Shown here: one piece after another, positions 10,154 to 17,893 of the stretch
How the letters are laid out: each line of letters starts with the position of its first letter
Position numbering within the stretch: the stretch's first letter is position 1
Assembly: GCA_040326155.1 (NCBI GenBank)
Contig: JBEQLE010000073.1
Location: 1 to 19,832 of the forward strand
From: Leptospirales bacterium
GTDB taxonomy: Bacteria; Spirochaetota; Leptospiria; Turneriellales; JAOUFE01
Length of the DNA: 19,832 nt
Direction of reading: 5' to 3'
The notes under the pieces: generated by a model
Seen by the model: the letters and a program-made list of their open reading frames with translations, nothing else
The model's database searches: none
Told to the model about the DNA's origin: nothing
Translations under genes and position numbers: made by a program

Positions 10154-11305
10154 ATGAAATTTATATTACCAAAATCCACTTTAGAAAAAGCAATGGCTCA
10201 GATTGACGCTATCGTTCCCGGACGAGACACGCAGACTCTGCTATCGAATGTTTTATTAGGTATTGAAAAAGACAGGGTTCGTATTACCGCTTCAGATATG
10301 GAAAGTACTGTAAGAATCAGTATTGACGCTGAAGATACGGAACCGGGCGAATTGATCGTTCGCGCTAAAAAACTTTCCGAGATAGCTCGCCAGATTAATT
10401 CGGAAAAAGTTGTTTTTTCCAGTGAAATCGACGAAGAAGCGGAGGGGTCTGATGAGGGGGCAGTGCACCGAGTGCGCCTCGAAGGCAGTGGCAAAATGGC
10501 TGCCAAGTTCAGAATGGCCGGTTCTGATCGGTCTCACTTTCCTGAGATGACCGAAATCAGTTCAGATAAGCTATCAAAAGTTCCGGCTGACATACTTTCC
10601 GAGATGATCGCTAAAACGGTCTATTCTATCTCTCAAGAAGATAATCGCTATATATATAATGGACTCTATTTTCTAGCTGACGGTAATAAACTTACTATTG
10701 TTGGCACCGATGGACGGCGCCTGGCCGCTGTTTCTCGAACCGTTCCCGAACCCATCAGTATTGGCTCTGCCGAAGCGGGTGATATTGTTGTTCATGCCAA
10801 AGCAATACGTGAACTTGTTAAAATTATGGAAAGTGGTGAAGATGTTTCGATCGGTGTCGAACAAAGAGATGTTTTTTTTCAAGTCGACCAGGCCGAACTG
10901 TCCAGCCGTTTATTAGAAGGCAAATTTCCCGATTACAAAAAAGTTATACCGGGAACATCGGAAATTGATTTTGAAATTAACCGGGCCGATTTAAGCGACG
11001 CTATTCGCCAGGTTATGGTGATGACGGAGCAGCCATCTTACCAGGTTCGATTGTCGTTAAGTGCAGGCGGGGTTGAGCTTAGCGCAAATACTCCTGATGT
11101 AGGAGAGGCTGAAATAATGCTTCCGGTCGAAGGTCTTGACCAGGAACTTGTAATCGGTTTCAACGCTAATTATTTAATGGATATTCTAAAGAACCTCGAT
11201 TGTGAAATGGTGCGTTTGAAGTTTATTGACCCGGCTAAACCAATTGTTGTTGAAGATACGGGGGATGACCAATTCGTATCGCTGGTTATGCCCATGAAAA
11301 TTTAG
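10154..11305 (+). CDS. dnaN: DNA polymerase III subunit beta (sliding clamp)
   Basis: LLSNVLL, ASDME, GTDGRRLA, SRLLEGKFPDYKKVIP, IGFNANYLMDIL and C-terminal LVMPMKI. Confidence 0.97.
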   Translation: MKFILPKSTLEKAMAQIDAIVPGRDTQTLLSNVLLGIEKDRVRITASDMESTVRISIDAEDTEPGELIVRAKKLSEIARQINSEKVVFSSEIDEEAEGSDEGAVHRVRLEGSGKMAAKFRMAGSDRSHFPEMTEISSDKLSKVPADILSEMIAKTVYSISQEDNRYIYNGLYFLADGNKLTIVGTDGRRLAAVSRTVPEPISIGSAEAGDIVVHAKAIRELVKIMESGEDVSIGVEQRDVFFQVDQAELSSRLLEGKFPDYKKVIPGTSEIDFEINRADLSDAIRQVMVMTEQPSYQVRLSLSAGGVELSANTPDVGEAEIMLPVEGLDQELVIGFNANYLMDILKNLDCEMVRLKFIDPAKPIVVEDTGDDQFVSLVMPMKI

Positions 11306-11306
11306 T

Positions 11307-12470
11307 ATGCCGGACAGTTATTTTCCCGTTAGTTTACGAAAAATCACTCTAAGAAGCTTCCGAAAATACGAAAAACTTACAATTGACTTAAATGCTCCTG
11401 TGGTTATGATCACCGGAAGAAACGGTAGCGGTAAGACTACTATTTTAGAAGCTATTTCTATGGTCAGCTCTTTGCGATCTTTTCGCAGGGCTTCAGATAA
11501 AGAACTCATCGCCTGGGAAAAAAATTATTACTCTCTTGAGCTGGAATATAAAGGGACCGAAGGTGTTGAGGTCTTAAAAATGGGGTATGGTAAAGCGGAG
11601 AAAAACAGTCCGACAATGCGAACCATGGTTGTAAATGGGAGCAGGGTAAAAAAAATATCCGAATTTCTCGGTCGTTTTCAAACTGTTGTATTTTCCCCCG
11701 AAGATTTAAAAATTATCGAAGGTCCGCCCGCAGAGAGGCGTAAATATATCGATATGGTTCTTTCGCTTCTTTCTCCCGGTTACTTAGATACCCTGCAAAA
11801 ATACCGTAAAGCTTTAGAAATGCGCGGTGCCATTTTAAAAAAAAGGGGAAGCCAGTCCTATGTTTCTTCCATTGACCGAGAACTTGCCGAGTATGGGAGT
11901 CGTATACAATTGGCCAGGGTCGATTTTATTCAAGAGTTTCGAAAACCTTTTTTTGAATATATTGATAAAATTTCCGGCGGTGAGGACCAATGGAATTTAG
12001 CATACGTACCATCCATTGCAGGTGGCGATCAAAAAGAGGTCTATTTTAATACATTACAGCAATCGTATACCAGAGATATTCGGTATAAGCAAACTATGAA
12101 TGGAATTCACCGAGACAGGTTTATCATTCACCTGCCCGACGCTGCCGAAAAAGAAATTCGAATTGTTGCCTCTCAGGGCCAAAAACGGACCGCTGCTCTA
12201 GCCATGCGAATGGCCCAATATCGACATACCCAGGAAAAAACTCACGAAACACCCGTTATTTTAATCGATGATGTTTTAACCGAACTCGATACCCACAGAA
12301 GAAACGGTTTTATTCGATTCATGAACGATGTTGGTCAGGCTCTAATTACGTTGACCGATACCAGCGGAATTCAAGACTATATAACCGCCGGAGATGGTAT
12401 TCAAAACATGCTGGTCTACGAAACCGGCGAAAGTTCCGGTCAAATTCAGTTGCAAGCGATTAAGCCGTAA
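11307..12470 (+). CDS. recF: DNA replication/repair protein RecF
   Basis: Walker A GRNGSGKTT, VVFSPEDL..I.GPPAERRKYID, SQGQKR, Walker B ILIDDVLTELD. Directly follows dnaN. Confidence 0.96.
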   Translation: MPDSYFPVSLRKITLRSFRKYEKLTIDLNAPVVMITGRNGSGKTTILEAISMVSSLRSFRRASDKELIAWEKNYYSLELEYKGTEGVEVLKMGYGKAEKNSPTMRTMVVNGSRVKKISEFLGRFQTVVFSPEDLKIIEGPPAERRKYIDMVLSLLSPGYLDTLQKYRKALEMRGAILKKRGSQSYVSSIDRELAEYGSRIQLARVDFIQEFRKPFFEYIDKISGGEDQWNLAYVPSIAGGDQKEVYFNTLQQSYTRDIRYKQTMNGIHRDRFIIHLPDAAEKEIRIVASQGQKRTAALAMRMAQYRHTQEKTHETPVILIDDVLTELDTHRRNGFIRFMNDVGQALITLTDTSGIQDYITAGDGIQNMLVYETGESSGQIQLQAIKP

Positions 12471-12480
12471 CGGTTGTTCC

Positions 12481-12708
12481 CACTGGGGATTTCCCCAACA
12501 AAATTTGAAAGGGGGAGGTCGTTTTTCCTTAACCCTAAGGACGCGATTCATCGCGTCCTTAGGAAATGCAAACCCCCTTGTCTGCGAACCACTGGTTCTC
12601 CGCCAACCCCCCGGTAGTCGTGGGCGCTTTGCGCCGTCGAGTATTCGATGGGGTTATAAGTTGGTGAGAAATTACCCACCAGAAGAACCTCATTGGGGAT
12701 TTCCCCAA
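12481..12708. repeat. Structured non-coding element bounded by 18-bp direct repeats, with an internal REP-like perfect hairpin
   Basis: cactggggatttccccaa (12481-12498) and cattggggatttccccaa (12691-12708) match at 17/18 and are 210 bp apart. Hairpin cctaaggacgcga-ttca-tcgcgtccttagg at 12534-12563. Confidence 0.7.
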
Positions 12709-12718
12709 AAAACAAAAA

Positions 12719-12862
12719 AGGGCGCCGATATTGCTGATTTTACAGATAAACAAATCAAAGATATCGAAAAAAGGATAAACAAAATACCACGAAAAATTTT
12801 AAACTATAAAACAGCAGAAGAAGTATTTTTGGAAGAGTGGTGCAATTGTGCTTGAATTCGGG
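12719..12862 (+). mobile_element. IS30-family remnant (transposase C-terminus plus right terminal repeat)
   Basis: KGADIADFTDKQIKDIEKRINKIPRKILNYKTAEEVF matches the IS30 tail (KGTD...LNxRPRKxLxYKTPxEVF). It is followed by gtgcaattgtgcttgaattcggg, an IS30-like end. Confidence 0.78.
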
Positions 12863-13013
12863 ATGTTGAACTCAAAAAACCTGGCCAGGAAGTAGAGATC
12901 TGGTTTTTTGATTTACTTTTCACATACTCGAAAACCTTCTAAGATAAAATGTATAAAGGACCATAAACTATAATAAAATAGTCTATGATCCCAAATTTGG
13001 GTACACTAAGGCC

Positions 13014-13535
13014 ATGAAAAAGATCAATATTATTTACATATTTGTTGCCATATTCATAATTAACCTGCCCCTTTTTTCTCAGGAACCACATACTGGTAGT
13101 CAAGAGACAGAGAAATCGGTTCTAATTTACCTGCACTCTCCAGTTGCAGGTTATAACTCCCTCAATGGTTTGATTTTTGATTTTCTACCGCTAGGCATAG
13201 AGATACCTATGAACCACTTTATCGGTTTAAGAGCTGAAACAGGATTAATATATTACAACGCTACGTTACAATATTTTAATATCAATCTTTTTTTACAGTT
13301 TTACCTGTTTCCGGAAAGTGGTACTCCGTATGGAGGCTTTTATGTTGCTCCGGGGATCAGTTCGGCGGTCAATTTTTCCAATCAAAACTAGGATTTTAGC
13401 GCCATCATCATCGCTGGTTACTCTTGGAATCTTACCAACAACTGGCACTTCAATACCGGGCTCGGTTATGGATATTCATTCACGAGTCAGACCTCCAATG
13501 CATTTGTAGACATCAATTTTGGCTACTGGTTTTAA
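13014..13535 (+). pseudogene. Small outer-membrane beta-barrel protein gene interrupted by one in-frame TAG at 13389-13391
   Basis: Signal peptide present. The same frame continues after TAG as DFSAIIIAGYSWNLTNNWHFNTGLGYGYSFTSQTSNAFVDINFGYWF*, ending in a beta-signal-like GYWF. Confidence 0.8.
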
Positions 13536-13901
13536 AAAATCGAGTAGTTATTTAATTATTGTTTTTATAAGCTTCGCGTTTTTCATACTGATCCGGCCAA
13601 AGAAAACACAATCTTTGCAGAAGGTTTTATCTCGACATTTCTTACAAACAATTTTCTTATCCGAAGCTATGCGAAATTAGCGACTTAAAGAAAAAGATAA
13701 TATGGAAAATAGAATGAAAAGAGGAAATTGCCGCAAAACAAAGGAAAATCGAGGCTGGTGAGAATGGTGCCGATCTGGAAAGGACTTATTCTACGGTCTT
13801 GTTAGGCGATGTGCTAGATAAGATATCATAGAGAAGTACAAAAATATCAATAAAAATTAAAAAGTTATTGCAATATTGATCATTCATTGTAAGATTGATA
13901 C

Positions 13902-15779
13902 ATGTCATCAAAAGTTGGGAAAGTAAATAAAGTTTCAGACTCTACAAAAAATAATGCTACTAACACAAAAATATCTTCCGGAACTACTACTACTAATCAT
14001 CATCATGTAAACAATAATAGTAATTCGGTTTCCAATCAACCGCTTGTTTCTGGAAGCAGCAGGACACAATTATTACTGCAATTACAGAGAACGCATGGTA
14101 ATCAATTTGTAGGGCAAGTGATAAAATCGGGAATTTTACAAAAAAAATGTTCGAGTTGTCAAAACGATTTTATTGGCTTAAGATTAGAAGGGATGCATCT
14201 TCGCACTCTGTCTCTTTGTCGAACATGTGAAGGAAAGAACCTGATCAAGAGTTTACAAAAAAATGAAATACGAAAGACAGGTGTACCTGAAGAGGAACCG
14301 CAAGCAAAACTCACTCAGCGATCTGATATTAAAGAAGAAGAGCCACAGGCAAAGTCTATCCAAAGGGTAGAACCAGAAGAGGGTGAACCTCAAACTAAAA
14401 TGAGTATGGGCGCCCCCGGTGATGTTTACGAAAAAGAGGCCGACTCTGTCGCAGAACAGGTTTCCGCATTTTATAACTCGGATAATCTTGCCCAGAGGGT
14501 GATCTCCCGCCTCAATGTTCCCAAAGTTCTTGGGCTAGGCAACAAAACTACCACTATTTCCCGGATTTCGACCTCGCCAAGAAGAGCATCAATATTTGCA
14601 CATTATGAGTCAGGTGGAGGAGGTACGGTCGCCCCTTCCGTCGAAAACCGGATTATGCAGAGCAAAGGAAGTGGTTCTCCTTTGCCATCTTCCATTCGCA
14701 ATGTGATGGCCTTGCGTACCGGACATGACTTCAGTAGCGTGCGCGTGAAAACCGGCTCCGAAGCCGAAACTCTGAACACGAAACTGGGGGCCAGGGCTTT
14801 TACCCATGGTTCCGACATCTGGATGGGGAAGGGTGAAAGCACAAATGACGTTAAGCTGATGTCCCATGAGTTGACCCACGTTGTGCAGCAAGGCGCAGCC
14901 AAAAGGGTCAGCCCACAAAGCATCATCGGCCTGAGCGGTATGAAAACGTCCGACAAGGTACTCGGGGCTTTGCAAGCCATGGCGAATGGCCAGGGCAAAG
15001 CAGGGGCTCTTTACGCAAAAGAGATCATGCAATTTCAAGAAGAGAACTCGCCACAAAGCATTCAGACCCTTCAAAGTCAGATTATGCCGCAATCGAAGCA
15101 GGTATCAATTAACCAGAAGAGTGATTCAAGCACCTTAAGGGCTTGTTCGCGTAACGAGCCTGCGGCTATTACAAATTTTTCTACAGGTGATATACTGGGG
15201 GTTAAAAGCGGTAATTCTGAAGGGTGGATACGCGGGAAATTAAATTCAGCAAGTGGACCAACTACCGACTTTCCGGATTATCTAAAAGTTCGATATAAAG
15301 AGAATCGTGGCGGACGGGATTATTTCGATATTCTCGAAGGACAACATATTGGAAAAGTAGGGACATTATTACCCGGGTATTTGGAAACAAAAAGCTGGGG
15401 TGGTTCCGTTTCATTACAATTTAATGAAAATCGAACGACGTCGACATCACTTCAAAGTAGAGGTGTTCTAAATTATGGTGCGGGTACTGTAGAAGCAAAA
15501 ATATTTGTAGCCGGTGGCACCAATAAAATTTCACCAAACAGAAACTATAACCTTGCTTTACCAGATTATCCACATTCTGGAGGAAGTAGTTATGGAGATT
15601 ATGCCAAAACGTGGTTTCGTATTATCGGAGGCCCGCAGGGTGATGAATACTTACATCGGGGGGATCGTTCTGCTGGATGTGTAAGTGTTGCGTCTAATTG
15701 GCCCCAAATCTATAGATATCTTATAAATAAACGCAATGGAACACAAAATATTGGAACGATAAGAAGGATGATTACTTGA
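13902..15779 (+). CDS. DUF4157 (eCIS core domain) protein with C-terminal Tlde1/L,D-transpeptidase-like domain; putative polymorphic toxin
   Basis: LQLQRTHGNQFV, GAPGDVYEKEADSVAEQV, GSPLP...GHDFSSVRV...ARAFTHGSDI...HELTHVVQQ (DUF4157, about 14667-14892). C-terminal YLHRGDRSAGCVSV (HxGxxSxGC) at about 15648-15689. Confidence 0.88.
   Translation: MSSKVGKVNKVSDSTKNNATNTKISSGTTTTNHHHVNNNSNSVSNQPLVSGSSRTQLLLQLQRTHGNQFVGQVIKSGILQKKCSSCQNDFIGLRLEGMHLRTLSLCRTCEGKNLIKSLQKNEIRKTGVPEEEPQAKLTQRSDIKEEEPQAKSIQRVEPEEGEPQTKMSMGAPGDVYEKEADSVAEQVSAFYNSDNLAQRVISRLNVPKVLGLGNKTTTISRISTSPRRASIFAHYESGGGGTVAPSVENRIMQSKGSGSPLPSSIRNVMALRTGHDFSSVRVKTGSEAETLNTKLGARAFTHGSDIWMGKGESTNDVKLMSHELTHVVQQGAAKRVSPQSIIGLSGMKTSDKVLGALQAMANGQGKAGALYAKEIMQFQEENSPQSIQTLQSQIMPQSKQVSINQKSDSSTLRACSRNEPAAITNFSTGDILGVKSGNSEGWIRGKLNSASGPTTDFPDYLKVRYKENRGGRDYFDILEGQHIGKVGTLLPGYLETKSWGGSVSLQFNENRTTSTSLQSRGVLNYGAGTVEAKIFVAGGTNKISPNRNYNLALPDYPHSGGSSYGDYAKTWFRIIGGPQGDEYLHRGDRSAGCVSVASNWPQIYRYLINKRNGTQNIGTIRRMIT
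14290..14400 (+). repeat. Three intragenic EEEPQAK-type repeats
   Basis: EEEPQAKLTQR / EEEPQAKSIQR / EEGEPQTK in the linker before DUF4157. Confidence 0.75.
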
Positions 15780-15859
15780 TGTGTTTAAAAGCTAGTGTAA
15801 AAAAATATTCTGTAATGCATAAATAAATTAGATTAAACTAATGAGTATTTAAGAAATTT

Positions 15860-16345
15860 CTAAATATCGGATATTTCCGCAATAACATAAAAGTATGGAA
15901 TTTGTGGCCACTCTTCACGTTTTTTTAATTCTGTATCTTCTGAAAACATGGAGACCTGAAAGACAAGGGAACTTCCGTCTTTAAAAAATTGGCTGTCAGC
16001 AAATAAACCTTTTTTACCATTTTTTACCTCCCATCCGCAACAAAGATATATCAGGGCTTCCATGTGGTAATTATTGACTAAAAATTTCTCGACTTCTAAA
16101 GCATACTTACCTTGGACTTTGTAAGTTGCCTCATAAATTGTCTGTCCATTTTTACTCGTGCAATCTAAAAATTCCAAATGACCCGGTTTTTGAGCCAGCT
16201 TCTCCAGCACGTCGCCACATTCCAGTCCTAAAGTATTTTGAGTTTTTAAATTCGATTTTGATTTACAGTAATATAAACCAATGAATGAGATCGACATAAG
16301 CAATAATATCACATAAAGTTGATTTCTCTTTTTTAATTTAATCAT
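15860..16345 (-). CDS. DUF4952-like protein, probable lipoprotein
   Basis: Spirochaete-type signal ending IGLYYC. CGDVL...KPGHLEFLDC...ATYKVQG...LCCGWE...VSMFSED...WPQIPYFYV pattern recalled for DUF4952. Confidence 0.75.
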   Translation of the reverse strand: MIKLKKRNQLYVILLLMSISFIGLYYCKSKSNLKTQNTLGLECGDVLEKLAQKPGHLEFLDCTSKNGQTIYEATYKVQGKYALEVEKFLVNNYHMEALIYLCCGWEVKNGKKGLFADSQFFKDGSSLVFQVSMFSEDTELKKREEWPQIPYFYVIAEISDI

Positions 16346-16458
16346 GACTTATTTATTCTTGAAACTTAAAATACGATTCCACGTAAAGTTTTGCCTTTAT
16401 ATTAAGTCCTGACATAAGGATGTCCGGTCGCAGAATACTAAAATAATTGTGAACTTGT

Positions 16459-16488
16459 ATTTGACAATATAAGTATTGTTTGTCAAAT
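16459..16488. promoter_or_regulatory. Inverted repeat atttgacaa-N12-ttgtcaaat in the divergent intergenic region; candidate operator
   Basis: Perfect 9-bp arms, each carrying TTGACA on its own strand. Confidence 0.5.
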
Positions 16489-16580
16489 TGTAAATAAATT
16501 TTTAACATTTAACTGTCTTTGTATAAATAGAGAATGTTTATATCAAACACAGGCAGTTATACTCATAAAAAGTTAATACA

Positions 16581-17561
16581 ATGAACGAATCCGAAACAAG
16601 CGATATACTTTACCCCTGGTTGAAAAGTAGCTACCCTAGAATTCAAGAGGTGATTGAAACTTCTGTTCCAAAAGACTGGCCGGGAATCCGGCATGCTGTT
16701 GCTGGATTATTAGAAGGGGATTTACCAACAGAGACAGTTTTGCCCCTGGCATCTTGTAAGGCAGTCGGGGTAGATCCGAAAGAGGCGACAGAGGTAACGG
16801 CTGCTCTTCTACTCTTTGCCGCCGCCTTAAGACTCTATGATGACGCCGTCGACCAGGACAGGCCGGGAGGTCTATGGGAACAGGTCGGGTCGGCCCGTGC
16901 GTCGAACTATGCAACAGTCGTACACACTCTTGTTTACAATGTTTTGAGTAAGGCCAAATTGTCGGAAGACAAATACCGAGCACTGAATATATTTTTTACT
17001 GATGCTTATATCAATATCGCCGCCGGGCAAGACAAAGATCTTGCCGGTGACACGAAAACCGTTGAGGAGTATTGGCTGACAATTGAATTGAAGTCAGGCT
17101 GGTCTTATGCGCTTGGTTGTGCATGTGGAGGTTTGGTGGGAAGCGATGAGCCAGAGCTAATTGAAAGTTGCCACATGTATGGGTATCACCTTGGTTTGGC
17201 CAAACAAATCATGAATGACTATGAATCAGTATGGACTCCTGATGATATATCTGATTTTCAACAAGGTAAAACTACATTACCTTTGATCTATGGACTCAAC
17301 TACGACCACCCGGCCAAAGGGGAATTGCTTTCGTATGTAAATGAAAATAGTGTTCAGAAGCATGAAAAAAGAATCGGAGAGATTCTAGACTCTATCGACA
17401 CGAAACAATTTCTCATATGGGCGGCTCTAAAAGAACGTGAGGCGGCTTTAGAAGCTCTGGAGCCTTGTCCCGATGTGGAAGGAAAAAAAGCTCTGTTTGC
17501 TTATATTACAGGTATGTTTGGTGACATTGATAAATTGTTGGATAAAACCAACAAAGGATAA
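16581..17561 (+). CDS. Class I isoprenoid-synthase-fold prenyltransferase, ComQ-like
   Basis: FARM DDAVD, GQxxDL, KS, second motif QIMNDYES, GKTTLP. Lacks the GKxxR and RRG IPP-binding motifs. Confidence 0.85.
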   Translation: MNESETSDILYPWLKSSYPRIQEVIETSVPKDWPGIRHAVAGLLEGDLPTETVLPLASCKAVGVDPKEATEVTAALLLFAAALRLYDDAVDQDRPGGLWEQVGSARASNYATVVHTLVYNVLSKAKLSEDKYRALNIFFTDAYINIAAGQDKDLAGDTKTVEEYWLTIELKSGWSYALGCACGGLVGSDEPELIESCHMYGYHLGLAKQIMNDYESVWTPDDISDFQQGKTTLPLIYGLNYDHPAKGELLSYVNENSVQKHEKRIGEILDSIDTKQFLIWAALKEREAALEALEPCPDVEGKKALFAYITGMFGDIDKLLDKTNKG

Positions 17562-17640
17562 TTAGCATAGTATGTATTAGTAAAGATATTTTAAAAATTA
17601 CATAATAGTGAGAAGAAAATTCTGAAAAACCATCGAGCAT

Positions 17641-17890
17641 ATCGTATAACGTGTTGAGATTATCTGACGTGGGAATCCGGTCGTAGCCAGCCAGACGAAC
17701 AAAAAATAAACCTCCCGTTTATTGCGAGCTCTGGCGGTTAAGCGTAGACCGGATTTCCATGTGGTCGAACAATTACTTTAATTAATTATGAGAGAAATAC
17801 TTGGGATCATATATCTATGCTCCGAAAAATATCATTGTTCGACCCGAACGCCCGAAAAGGGCGTGAGCAGATCAATCTCTGTTATCGGAT
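17641..17890. repeat. 250-nt attC-like multi-hairpin (cloverleaf) element
   Basis: Outer arms atcgtataac/gttatcggat (8/10) and gagattatctg/cagatcaatctc enclose three hairpins at 17669-17760, 17763-17844 and 17848-17864. Confidence 0.75.
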
Positions 17891-17893
17891 GTA

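Noticed and set aside
12481..12708. CRISPR array
   Set aside because: Only two 18-bp repeats 210 bp apart and no cas genes.
12394..12855. 153-aa ORF as a real gene
   Set aside because: Chimeric: it overlaps recF, reads through a hairpin-rich repeat, and only the last 45 or so residues are IS30 transposase.
13318..13509. 63-aa ORF as a frameshifted continuation of 13014..13391
   Set aside because: The convincing continuation is in the original frame after the TAG.
16534..16575. Short ORF MFISNTGSYTHKS as a ComX-like precursor
   Set aside because: No Trp, only 13 aa and no clear RBS. The ORF starting at 17788 is also Trp-free and crosses the repeat/intron boundary.
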